This document shows positions 20,630 to 29,567 of a stretch of DNA of 64,000 nucleotides, one piece after another. Origin of the DNA: an uncultured Gammaproteobacteria bacterium (GTDB lineage: Bacteria > Patescibacteriota > Microgenomatia > UBA10105 > UBA927); NCBI GenBank assembly GCA_964515005.1, contig CAZEVT010000001.1, forward strand, positions 125,521-189,520, written 5' to 3'. The notes beneath the pieces are model-generated. The model saw nothing but the letters and a program-made list of their open reading frames with translations. It searched no databases and had not been told where the DNA came from. Both the position numbers and the translations under genes were made by a program. How positions within the stretch are numbered: position 1 is the first letter of the stretch; each line of letters begins with the position of its first letter.

Positions 20630-21076
20630 TTACAATAGCTTCTTTACTTCCTTTTCAAAATCTTCTACATCGACAAATCGTCTGAATACACTTGCAAATC
20701 GTATATAGGCAATCTTGTCCAGTTTCTTTAAGCGTTTGGCGACCAATTCTCCTATTTTTTGACTCGTCACCTCCGTCGTATCTCCGCCGATGAGCTCACG
20801 CTCCACCTCATCGACTATCCGGTCAATATCTACTGCTTTTATCCTCGTTTTGCCGCTTGCCCGCCAGATGCCTCTCGTCAATTTTTCCCGATCAAATGTT
20901 TCACGGCGGTCGTCTTTTTTGATCACGGTCAAGGGCACCGTTTCTAATCGCTCATACGTCGTAAACCGCTTCTCACACTTGCTGCAGGTGCGCCTGCGGC
21001 GCGTTACCGACAAATCTTCGCTGTCTCGGGTCTCAATAACATCGGTATTATCAAAATTACAATACGGACACTTCAT
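20630..21076 (-). CDS. nrdR: Transcriptional repressor NrdR (zinc ribbon plus ATP-cone)
   Basis: MKCPYCNFDNTDVIETRDSEDLSVTRRRRTCSKC. The start was chosen at the internal ATG that gives the MKCPYC N-terminus. The gene lies 8 nt upstream of nrdJ. Confidence 0.9.
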   Translation of the reverse strand: MKCPYCNFDNTDVIETRDSEDLSVTRRRRTCSKCEKRFTTYERLETVPLTVIKKDDRRETFDREKLTRGIWRASGKTRIKAVDIDRIVDEVERELIGGDTTEVTSQKIGELVAKRLKKLDKIAYIRFASVFRRFVDVEDFEKEVKKLL

Positions 21077-21307
21077 CGGACTTTCCAATATAAACGCTTT
21101 TTTTTAATTTTCAAGGAGTCAATTTCGTCTTTTCTTCTTTTCACGAATGAAATGTAGAACGCTATGGGTGGTGCCGAGAATCATCGTAAGACACTAAATG
21201 AGCAGCGTCAACTAGCAATTTCTATATCAGAAATACTCAATATTTTCTCCTGAAGCTAAGAGGATTTTGATGAGGAAAAAGTACGGGGAAAAGAATGTGC
21301 CTTTTGT

Positions 21308-21844
21308 TTATTGCTTTAACCCAACCAGCTGCTCCTGGATCCCTTTGACAAGTTCAAGAGACCCCGTAAGTCCCGCTTTAGTCCCCTCACTGGCTTTTGC
21401 CACCCGTTTCTCAAGAAGCTCATGGTGTTTTGCCGTCGCTTTTTCCAAACGATCCACAATGTTTGCGGGCACGTCGCGGCCCTCAGCCTTGAGTGACAGA
21501 AGAAGAGTAAGGGCGTTGTTCATGTACTTCTCCCCCTTGGAAATTACTTGTTCGCCAAGGACATCGCTCCCCTTATCGATAAGCATCATGCCGGAACTCA
21601 TCCGTTTGTCGGCCTGCAACACATAAAACTCTGCTTTCTTTACCGAATCGACAATGAGCCGGTCAAGAACCCAATCCCGAACCTGTTTAAGAAAATACAA
21701 TGGATGATCGGGAAGAATACCCGGGTATGGGAGCTCATACTCAACAGTTGTAACAGTCGAGGGTTGAGCGGCCGGTTTGGCGGTAGCAGCAAATACCACT
21801 GTGGGAAAAATTAGTAGGGTAAGCAAAAGAAATATTTTGTTCAT
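21308..21844 (-). CDS. Secreted hypothetical protein (signal peptide)
   Basis: MNKIFLLLTLLIFPTVVFAATA is a signal peptide. The remainder is helical. Confidence 0.45.
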   Translation of the reverse strand: MNKIFLLLTLLIFPTVVFAATAKPAAQPSTVTTVEYELPYPGILPDHPLYFLKQVRDWVLDRLIVDSVKKAEFYVLQADKRMSSGMMLIDKGSDVLGEQVISKGEKYMNNALTLLLSLKAEGRDVPANIVDRLEKATAKHHELLEKRVAKASEGTKAGLTGSLELVKGIQEQLVGLKQ

Positions 21845-22368
21845 AGCCTTAGTATATCATCTAGACGTATTTTCGCAACATTGAACACTTCTTGTTCCAA
21901 CGCTTTAACTTTGGGATAACTTTCATCAAGAATCTTTTGGGCATCCGGCGGCAGGTGTTCTTCCTTCCATAAACGGAATCGCTCGTCGACCCCGACTATA
22001 TCATACTTGACCATCTTGTCGGCAAGGTACAAAAGCTTCTGTTCCCAGGTTTTGGGCGAAATCGCGGGGTCTAGGATTGCATGTAACGGATGGGTGACAA
22101 CAACATCGGCAATCTCTCCCATCCCTTCTTCCCTCAAAATCCGCACCGCGGTATCCGGATGCTTTTCACCGTCTAAACGCGGCACTGCTTTGTCAATGTC
22201 ATGGAGTAGTGCGGCAGCTTGTAACAACTCGGTGTTGATTGTTTCCTGCGTCAGTTTCGCAGCCAAAAACATCGCCACCCGCATCACCAACCCCACGTGT
22301 ACGCGCTTTTGTTCGGGTAACAGGTACTTCTCCCAAAGCTTTTTTGCTTGATCAACAGACGGAATCAT
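21841..22368 (-). CDS. HD-domain phosphohydrolase
   Basis: AALLHDIDKAV shows the HD motif and the helical HD fold. Confidence 0.7.
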   Translation of the reverse strand: MIPSVDQAKKLWEKYLLPEQKRVHVGLVMRVAMFLAAKLTQETINTELLQAAALLHDIDKAVPRLDGEKHPDTAVRILREEGMGEIADVVVTHPLHAILDPAISPKTWEQKLLYLADKMVKYDIVGVDERFRLWKEEHLPPDAQKILDESYPKVKALEQEVFNVAKIRLDDILRL

Positions 22369-22748
22369 AGAGATCGTGGATTTTGCACAACAATATCTTT
22401 CATTGGAAAATGACGAACATTAAGCGTGTAAAGAACCCCTTGATGTACTTTTGCTGTAGCCGCAATAATACAATCGAGCATGCTAAGACCAGATAGCTTG
22501 ACATGAAATTGATTCCAATAATATCCCGCTTCTCTTGCTATCTGTGCACTTACGGGAATAATTCGCTGATAGGTAATAAAATCTTCTGTCGAAGTAAGCT
22601 CTGAAGGGAAAATATTTTTATAAAGCTCTGCGATCGTAATCGTAGAAATAGCACTTTCATGTTTACTGACACCCTGCTTAAGGGCTTGAATGATGGCTGT
22701 GTCCCGCCGAAGAATCCAAATAGCGATATCGGTATCTAATACGTACAT
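22365..22748 (-). CDS. vapC: PIN-domain toxin (VapC-like)
   Basis: MYVLDTDIAIWILRRD places an acidic residue in the PIN position. It overlaps the upstream antitoxin gene. Confidence 0.7.
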   Translation of the reverse strand: MYVLDTDIAIWILRRDTAIIQALKQGVSKHESAISTITIAELYKNIFPSELTSTEDFITYQRIIPVSAQIAREAGYYWNQFHVKLSGLSMLDCIIAATAKVHQGVLYTLNVRHFPMKDIVVQNPRSL

Positions 22749-23026
22749 TAGAACTTCCTTTCATCCGCGAGTCTACTTTTGCGGAGCCATCGTTCCACGT
22801 TCTTTTTTGTCGCCCACTCGGGGTGATTTTTGGCGGTAAATGTGCCTGCCACTCGGTCCAGCATCGCGGTAAATGCTACAGGATCCCATTTCTTTTTTCC
22901 GACTATCTCTACTAAATCTTCATTCTCTTTCTCATCTCTCACCACGACATGGACGCCCGATTGTGCCTTCGCAAAGTAATCCGACATATTTTGCCGAAAC
23001 TGACTGATAGAAACCGTTATCGTCAT
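22748..23026 (-). CDS. Type II antitoxin (Phd/YefM-like N-terminus)
   Basis: MTITVSISQFRQNMSDYFAKAQSGVHVVV. It overlaps the PIN gene by 1 nt. Confidence 0.55.
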   Translation of the reverse strand: MTITVSISQFRQNMSDYFAKAQSGVHVVVRDEKENEDLVEIVGKKKWDPVAFTAMLDRVAGTFTAKNHPEWATKKNVERWLRKSRLADERKF

Positions 23027-23042
23027 ATATTCCTATATTAGT

Positions 23043-23060
23043 ACAATATGTACATATTGT
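23043..23060. promoter_or_regulatory. 18-bp perfect palindrome ACAATATGTACATATTGT upstream of the antitoxin gene (candidate TA operator)
   Basis: Self-complementary by inspection. It lies 17 bp upstream of the antitoxin start. A second inverted repeat TTGTCAAG-N11-CTTGACAA and a (CT)7 run lie nearby. Confidence 0.45.
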
Positions 23061-23116
23061 CAAGACATCAAAACTCTTGACAAGACTCTCTCTCTCTCTG
23101 CAAAAATACCAGTGCT

Positions 23117-23620
23117 ATGGGAGATCCACAAAAAAATGCTGAAATGACTTTGCCAAAAGAACCAGTACTGGTAATCGTGGACGGGAATCATTTGGGCCAC
23201 GAAATGAAAAACAGGGGCGATGAGTTTAATTTAAAAAATGTTTTTTCTCCTGAGTCCGCGATATTAGGCGGTGATAGATTTAGCGAAGTTTACATAAGAA
23301 CTGATTCTGAAAATATTTACTTCCTTGATGATCAACATGATCACGCAGAGTTAACAAATAGAAATGTAAGTTTAAAAACGGGAAATCGGGATATAGTTAA
23401 TTTAGAGAGAGAAGAGCTCGCAAAAAGAACATTAAAAGTGGGCGAACCTTTCATCTACGGAAAAGGTGGCACAACGACCAACATTACTGAAATTGTTGCA
23501 ACGAACAGGCGTGTATATTATGAAGATTACCTTAAAGGAATAACCAGGGGTAGAGTAAACCTTATCGTTAATGACTTTAAAGCTGGCCTCCCTGCTCCCA
23601 AAATTATTCCTCAAATTTAG
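23117..23620 (+). CDS. Hypothetical protein (167 aa)
   Basis: ORF with the segment VLVIVDGNHLGHE. No secure domain call. Confidence 0.35.
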   Translation: MGDPQKNAEMTLPKEPVLVIVDGNHLGHEMKNRGDEFNLKNVFSPESAILGGDRFSEVYIRTDSENIYFLDDQHDHAELTNRNVSLKTGNRDIVNLEREELAKRTLKVGEPFIYGKGGTTTNITEIVATNRRVYYEDYLKGITRGRVNLIVNDFKAGLPAPKIIPQI

Positions 23621-23725
23621 CTGTAACTAATTTCCACATATATTCGAATTTACGTTGCAACTATCGTCATTTTTTCTCTCGTCAGTCTTCCGTTGGTATC
23701 ATAGATACCTTATAATACTACGTAT

Positions 23726-24529
23726 ATGTTTCCCAGCTTCCTTATTACCTTCCGCGAAGTGATTGAGGCCTCGCTCATCGTGGCCACGATTCTCGGGATT
23801 CTCATCAAACTGCGGCAAACCAAAAGTATTCGGGTCGTGTGGACGGCGACCCTCGCCGCAGTGGGAGTTAGCTTTGCACTTTTGGTTGGGGCAAGTATTG
23901 CCGGCATCAGACTTCAAGAGCTCTACACTGGACGAACAGAAGAACTCGTTGAGGGAATTCTTATGGTGGTGTCTGCTGTATTTATTACCTGGGCTGTATT
24001 TTTTCTCCACACATATTTTGGAAAGTATAAAATGCATCTCCTGCAAAAGGTAAAAGGCACTATGCAAACGGCAAACCCCCGCGCACTATTTGGGCTTGTA
24101 TTTACCGCAGTGTTTCGAGAAGGATTTGAAATCGTTCTGTTTTTAGCAACTATTTATCTCTCTTCAAAACCGGCTCCTATTGTCGGCGGGTTTGGGTTGG
24201 GGCTGGCTGCAGGACTGCTCGTTTCATGTGCGTTCTTTTGGGGAACCATCAGGCTACCGGTGTATTGGGCATTCCGAACCAGCAGCGCGCTTCTGATTCT
24301 TTTTGCGGCAGGACTTTTGGGGCGCGGGGTCGGTGAATTTGCCGAAGCAGGAATGCTTCCGGAAATCGGCCGAGTAACCCTCGCCATGTTGCCGGATACA
24401 TCAACGTTTGTCGGGGATATGACGAAGGCGATATTTGGGCTCACGCAACAGATGGATCTTCTTCAGTTGTCGGTGTACCTCACCTACATTTTCCTTATGC
24501 ACCGGTGGGTTTTTGTCCGTTCGCGGTAA
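23726..24529 (+). CDS. FTR1/EfeU-family high-affinity iron permease
   Basis: Two REXXE motifs, REVIEASLIV and REGFEIVLFLATIY, within a 7-TM-like polytopic protein. Confidence 0.8.
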   Translation: MFPSFLITFREVIEASLIVATILGILIKLRQTKSIRVVWTATLAAVGVSFALLVGASIAGIRLQELYTGRTEELVEGILMVVSAVFITWAVFFLHTYFGKYKMHLLQKVKGTMQTANPRALFGLVFTAVFREGFEIVLFLATIYLSSKPAPIVGGFGLGLAAGLLVSCAFFWGTIRLPVYWAFRTSSALLILFAAGLLGRGVGEFAEAGMLPEIGRVTLAMLPDTSTFVGDMTKAIFGLTQQMDLLQLSVYLTYIFLMHRWVFVRSR

Positions 24530-25103
24530 AGTAGCCCAGGGCCTGAAGGACCAGATCAAGCGTTTCTGTAGGGCCATGGGAATACGTGTTGATAACGAGG
24601 TCATAATACTTAGGGTCCCAAAAGTCATCGGTACCGTAGAGCCGTTTCCATTTCCCTACATTTGCATCTTCCCGCGTAAAGAGATGTTTTTTGGCATCGT
24701 CAACCGTGATGTTGTCCCGATTGACCACCCGGTCAATTCGCAACGCATCGTCGCACATGAGGAGAACCTTGAGCACATGCTTCAACTCCCGCGCATTCCA
24801 TCCGGCAATCCACGACTCCACCGCCATGTGGACGGCAGGGTCTGAAATCTTTTTCCTCAAAGCCTGATCAATTTGAAAGTCTACGTCATCGCCGTAGTCG
24901 GTCGCCTTATGATGTTTCGGGTCGTTTGCGTCATGACTCCCCGACTTGATGGCAAATTGCCGAGCCCAGTCACCGCCGGAGAATATTTCCCACCCCAGGG
25001 GTTTAACGATAGGAATGAGATTCTTGAGGAGTGTCGAGCGTCCGGCTCCGGGTCTGCCGGAAATGGCGATGCTGGAATATTTCAATTGTTTGACCGGCTC
25101 CAT
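24495..25103 (-). CDS. P-loop NTPase, (d)NMP kinase/cytidylate kinase-like
   Basis: The Walker A motif is ISGRPGAGRSTLLKNL. Convergent with the FTR1 gene, overlapping it by 35 nt. Confidence 0.5.
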   Translation of the reverse strand: MEPVKQLKYSSIAISGRPGAGRSTLLKNLIPIVKPLGWEIFSGGDWARQFAIKSGSHDANDPKHHKATDYGDDVDFQIDQALRKKISDPAVHMAVESWIAGWNARELKHVLKVLLMCDDALRIDRVVNRDNITVDDAKKHLFTREDANVGKWKRLYGTDDFWDPKYYDLVINTYSHGPTETLDLVLQALGYFTANGQKPTGA

Positions 25104-25157
25104 ATTCCCATTATAAGGAGATCTTGACTTTCGTCAAGCAAGAGCCCATAATTAACT

Positions 25158-25739
25158 ATGGCAATCCACTACCTCCCCGTCTCCTGGAAAGACTATCATA
25201 CGAGTACCCAAAAACTCGCCGCAGCAATCCTTGATCAGCGTGAATCATTTGATCTTATCGTCGCTATTGCCCGGGGAGGATTGTCGCTCGGGCTTATTCT
25301 TTCTGACTTTTTGCGGATCCCAATCTCTACCATTGTCATTCAAAGCTATACCGATATCCAAAAACAGGGAGAGCTCCAAATCACCGGAAAACTCCAAACT
25401 CCCATCCGTGGAAAAAAGATACTTCTGGTCGACGACATTGCGGATTCAGGCAAAACATTTAAACGGGCGATAGCATACCTCCGTCGGTTTGGCCCCAAAT
25501 CAATTACCACGGCAGCATTATTTTATAAACCCCATTCGGTGTATCGCCCTGATTATTTTGCCAAAAGGTCCACGGCGTGGATACTTTTGCCTCATGAAGT
25601 GACCGAATGGGTATACACGTTTACACTCAAGCTTCAAAAAGAGGGAAAATCAAAAGCGGATATCCAAAAATTTTTGAGAAAACTTCACTACACCGACGAC
25701 CAAATTGCATTTGTCCGCAGACACTACCTGAAACAATAG
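25158..25739 (+). CDS. Type I phosphoribosyltransferase (HGPRT-like)
   Basis: The PRPP-binding motif is KILLVDDIADSGKTF. Confidence 0.75.
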   Translation: MAIHYLPVSWKDYHTSTQKLAAAILDQRESFDLIVAIARGGLSLGLILSDFLRIPISTIVIQSYTDIQKQGELQITGKLQTPIRGKKILLVDDIADSGKTFKRAIAYLRRFGPKSITTAALFYKPHSVYRPDYFAKRSTAWILLPHEVTEWVYTFTLKLQKEGKSKADIQKFLRKLHYTDDQIAFVRRHYLKQ

Positions 25740-25740
25740 C

Positions 25741-26403
25741 ATGGCGTATCTTGAAAACGGGACGGTACATCGAGTAGAAACGATGCTACGCCCCGGACTA
25801 CGGATAGAGTACGACCGGTTAGCGGAACGATTCCAAAAAGAAGCGGTCGTTCAGGATGCGACCACCGGTTTTATTCGGGTCACGTTTATGAATCAGGCGC
25901 CAGATATTGACCAAAAAATGCTTGGTGTACAGGCCGATGTATTAGCATGGATATTCCGGTATAGTTTCCCCACAAGAATTATCGGTATTCCGGAAAGCGG
26001 ATTGCCGCTCGCTCGCCAGGTGGCACGCAGGTTTCCCGGTGCCAGGTTCGTTCAGTCTATGAAAGAAAACGGGGGGCGCATTTCATTTTCTCCAACAATG
26101 TCGTTTCCGGTGTATTCATTTACCCAAAAGTCAACGCTTACCATGGTTACGGAGCCCATCGAACGAGGTGAACGCTACCTTGTTATTGACGATGTTGTTG
26201 CACATGGGAATGCCGGAAAAGATTTTACGGAAAAAATCCAATCGAGTGGTGCGGAAGTCGTGGGGCTCGGTGTCGGATTTGATAAACAATTTCAGGGCGG
26301 GACAACCAAAATTGCACACGAGCGTCACATCCCTGTAGCTTCCGTCATAACCATCGAAAGAATTTCCGAAGATAATCGCGTGGTGCTGGCTCACGCCCAT
26401 TAA
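25741..26403 (+). CDS. Type I phosphoribosyltransferase, second paralog (OPRT/APRT-like)
   Basis: The PRPP-binding motif is ERYLVIDDVVAHGNAGKDF. It starts immediately after the first PRTase. Confidence 0.65.
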   Translation: MAYLENGTVHRVETMLRPGLRIEYDRLAERFQKEAVVQDATTGFIRVTFMNQAPDIDQKMLGVQADVLAWIFRYSFPTRIIGIPESGLPLARQVARRFPGARFVQSMKENGGRISFSPTMSFPVYSFTQKSTLTMVTEPIERGERYLVIDDVVAHGNAGKDFTEKIQSSGAEVVGLGVGFDKQFQGGTTKIAHERHIPVASVITIERISEDNRVVLAHAH

Positions 26404-26687
26404 CTCGGGTAGAAAGGAAAACATTCTGTGCTTAATGGATTAGAAAACGCTGATGGTAGATCGGGAGGAAGGGGGGGCGGAAGTCTCCCTACACATATAT
26501 ACCCCATACCAGAGGGTTGGACTCCTCGAGTAATTAAAAGCAATATGGGAGGCGTTGAAATCACAGTACTGCCCACCCAAGCCGAACAGCCAGAAAGCTC
26601 ATACGTGCGGACAATCACATGGTTGAAATACGCGGTAGTATCATTTCCCTGGCCGCAGTGGTAACAATTGGCACATCGATAAACCGT

Positions 26688-28166
26688 TTACTGCGGTTTG
26701 TTGAGGACGATCGATTTCAAGCGACTCATTGCCTCCAATGAATACCGCACGCCCTGGACGCCAACACCGCTCTGCTTAACTCCCAGGAACGGGAAGTGAT
26801 CCGGTCCCCGCTGGGGAGAACCATTGATCTGCACGGTGCCCACATTTAAGGATTTGGCAAATACCAGTCCCGTTCCCTCGTCTTTGGTAAACACCGAAGC
26901 CTGGAGCCCGAATCGTGTTGCATTCACGATCGCCGCCGCCTCATCCATACTCTTGACTTCAATAAACGAAACTACCGGACCAAACACTTCGTTGACAACA
27001 ACGGCCATATCTGGCGTCACACTTGTAAGAATCGTGGGTTCGATATATGCCTTGTCGTGTTTACCTCCGGATGCCACCTTCGCGCCCTTGGTAACCGATT
27101 CATCAATCCAACCCTGCACCTTCTCTGCATATGCGGAAGAAATAACCGGTCCCACAAGTTTCGTTTCCGGACTTCTCGGATCGCCCATGTGCGCGAGCTC
27201 AGCGAGCTGTTGCAAAACAACCGGAACGAGTGTATCCAAAACACTTTTGGTCCCCAATACATATTTGATACCCGTACACCGCTGTCCCGAATAGGCAAAC
27301 CCCCCTTTGACAATTTCGCGGGCCGCAAGACTCATATCCGCGTCCGGGAGAATAATTGCCGGATTATTGCCGCCGCACTCAAAAATCAAAGGCTTCATGG
27401 GCGCTTTTGTGGCAATGGCAAGACCGGTGTCGGAGCTTCCGGTGAATGCCACCGCGTCCACGAGCGCGTGGGACACCAGATAGTCCCCTGTTTCGGCACC
27501 ACTCCCGGTGACACAAGCAAATACATTCGGGGGCAGTCCCGCTTTTTCAAACACCCGCGCCAGATGTACTCCGCTAATCCCACCTTGCGTCGGCGGCTTA
27601 AAAAGAACCGTGTTGCCCATCAGGATGGCCGGGACAATTTTGGAGGCGGCGAGATTGACCGGGTAGTTAAACGGCGCGATTGCCAAAACGACGCCGTGGG
27701 CAACGCGCTCCACCATGGCAAGTCTTCCTTTGTCATACCCCGGAAAGTTATCGCTATCTAAGGAATACCCGCGGATGGATTGGACTTCATCTGCAAAATA
27801 ATCGGTAAGATCAGCCGTGCGCAGAATCTCGCTTTTGGCTTCTGCCGCGGTTTTGCCGATTTCGCCGACGAGGAGAGACGTAAAAACCTCTTCAAAGTGC
27901 CGCACCCAGTCGGCAACCAAATGCATGAGCTTGACGCGGGTATACAGGGGCGTTGCTTCCCACGCGGGCTGGGCAGATTTGAGGTTTTGTACTATGCCGT
28001 CGATGTCAGCCGCGGCGGCAACAGAGAGGGCGCCAACAACATTTCCGTCAATCGGCGAAGTCACGGGAGTCGTTTTACCCCCGCCTACCCAGGCTGAACC
28101 GTTGAAATAGTTGTACGTGGGGGGTGTTTTGTGATCCGATAGTGGCTCAAAAAATTCGGCAGGCAT
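26688..28166 (-). CDS. NAD(P)-dependent aldehyde dehydrogenase (GapN-like ALDH superfamily)
   Basis: Catalytic Cys region FAYSGQRCTGIKY and Glu motif ECGGNNPAIILPDAD. The start was trimmed to the internal ATG (MPAEFFEP). Confidence 0.85.
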   Translation of the reverse strand: MPAEFFEPLSDHKTPPTYNYFNGSAWVGGGKTTPVTSPIDGNVVGALSVAAAADIDGIVQNLKSAQPAWEATPLYTRVKLMHLVADWVRHFEEVFTSLLVGEIGKTAAEAKSEILRTADLTDYFADEVQSIRGYSLDSDNFPGYDKGRLAMVERVAHGVVLAIAPFNYPVNLAASKIVPAILMGNTVLFKPPTQGGISGVHLARVFEKAGLPPNVFACVTGSGAETGDYLVSHALVDAVAFTGSSDTGLAIATKAPMKPLIFECGGNNPAIILPDADMSLAAREIVKGGFAYSGQRCTGIKYVLGTKSVLDTLVPVVLQQLAELAHMGDPRSPETKLVGPVISSAYAEKVQGWIDESVTKGAKVASGGKHDKAYIEPTILTSVTPDMAVVVNEVFGPVVSFIEVKSMDEAAAIVNATRFGLQASVFTKDEGTGLVFAKSLNVGTVQINGSPQRGPDHFPFLGVKQSGVGVQGVRYSLEAMSRLKSIVLNKPQ

Positions 28167-28176
28167 ATCAAATTCA

Positions 28177-28881
28177 TCATACCACAACGCGTTTGACGAA
28201 ACACACTGCCATGTGGCCTTTACTGCCATTATCCTTTGCCGTTTGCATGAGAAATTTTGCCGCCTCCTCAAGCGCTTGCGTGGTGCTCCCTGATCCATCA
28301 AGTATCGAGCGCAGTTCGTCTTCGCTCATCCAGTTAACTATGCCGTCGGTGGCGATAACCAGCATGTCACCCGGAAGAAGCTGCTCTGACCGCGTCTTGG
28401 GAATGAGTTGTTTCCGTCCAAAGCCAACGGCTTTCGTAAGCATGCCGTCTTCGTCAACATCGCGCGCGGTCAAAACATCAATGAGCCCTTCCCGGAAAAG
28501 AAACGCATTGCAATTGCCGGCCGTCCCGACCCAAAAGTAATTCGGTCCCACGAACAAAACCGAAAGCACCGCCGCGAGACCTTCTTCGAACCCCTTGTCG
28601 CGCCGCTTCTGCCAGAGCGTTAAATTACTGGTCCGGAAAATGCGCTTCAAAAATTCAAGTTTTTCTTTCCAATAGAACGGCCGCAGGCGGACGACTTTGT
28701 ATGCCCATAGAGCAGTTTCCGCAGTCAACTCCTGGGCTTCTTTTGCATGAGCTAAACTGGCGACTCCGTCGGCGACAATGAAGCATTCGTCTGCCCAGTG
28801 CGTGAATCCAGATCCGGAAAAAATGATGTGATCTTCCCGTGAGCGTACGGGGGGCTTGATAAAAAGCTCATCGCGTTTCAT
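28177..28881 (-). CDS. PP2C-family Ser/Thr protein phosphatase
   Basis: FIVADGVASLAHAKEA and VIATDGIVNWM show the PP2C metal-binding Asp motifs. The start was trimmed to avoid overlap with sodA. Confidence 0.7.
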   Translation of the reverse strand: MKRDELFIKPPVRSREDHIIFSGSGFTHWADECFIVADGVASLAHAKEAQELTAETALWAYKVVRLRPFYWKEKLEFLKRIFRTSNLTLWQKRRDKGFEEGLAAVLSVLFVGPNYFWVGTAGNCNAFLFREGLIDVLTARDVDEDGMLTKAVGFGRKQLIPKTRSEQLLPGDMLVIATDGIVNWMSEDELRSILDGSGSTTQALEEAAKFLMQTAKDNGSKGHMAVCFVKRVVV

Positions 28882-28895
28882 GAATGGGGAGTATA

Positions 28896-29498
28896 TTAAC
28901 CGAGACGCTTCTCTACCTCTTTCCAGTTGACGACGTTCCACCAGGCTTTAATGTAATCTGCGCGCACGTTTTGGTACTTGAGGTAATACGCATGTTCCCA
29001 CACATCAAGTCCCAAAATCGGCGTTTTCCCTTCCGTTAAGGGGCTATCCTGATTGGGCGTATCCATGAGGCCGAGCTTTCCGTTATCAACGACAAGCCAC
29101 GCCCACCCGCTTCCGAAGCGGCCCAGAGCTGCGGCGCCAAACTTTTCCACAAACTGATCAAAACTCCCAAATGCCGCATCTATGGCGGTTGCGACTTTCC
29201 CGGTGGGTTTACCTGCGCCTGCGGGAGCCGCCGCCATCACTTGCCAAAACAGGCTATGATTGGCATGTCCTCCGGCGTTATTTCTCACTTTCATCTGAAT
29301 TTCCTGCGGAACTTTGGCGAGATTGATGACGATATCCTCCACACTCATCGCTAGCCAATCGTCGTGGCCGGCAAGCGCATCGTTTAAGTTTTTGACGTAC
29401 GCGGCGTGGTGTTTATCATGATGAATCTGCATGGTCCGCTCATCAATATGGGGCTCCAATGCGTTATACGCATACGGTAAATCTGGTACGGTAAACAT
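28896..29498 (-). CDS. sodA: Fe/Mn superoxide dismutase
   Basis: [30 protein letters not shown]...DVWEHAYY. Confidence 0.92.
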   Translation of the reverse strand: MFTVPDLPYAYNALEPHIDERTMQIHHDKHHAAYVKNLNDALAGHDDWLAMSVEDIVINLAKVPQEIQMKVRNNAGGHANHSLFWQVMAAAPAGAGKPTGKVATAIDAAFGSFDQFVEKFGAAALGRFGSGWAWLVVDNGKLGLMDTPNQDSPLTEGKTPILGLDVWEHAYYLKYQNVRADYIKAWWNVVNWKEVEKRLG

Positions 29499-29567
29499 AA
29501 TAGGAATCTCCTTCTGTTATCCATTATACAATACTTTCGCCCTTATAATCTTGGTATAATAAGACCC

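Noticed and set aside
21089-21307. Search for tandem NrdR boxes upstream of nrdR
   Set aside because: Only partial matches (ACACTAAAT half-site, ATTTCT-N5-AGAAAT inverted repeat) were found by eye. Without a PWM scan I cannot call an NrdR box.
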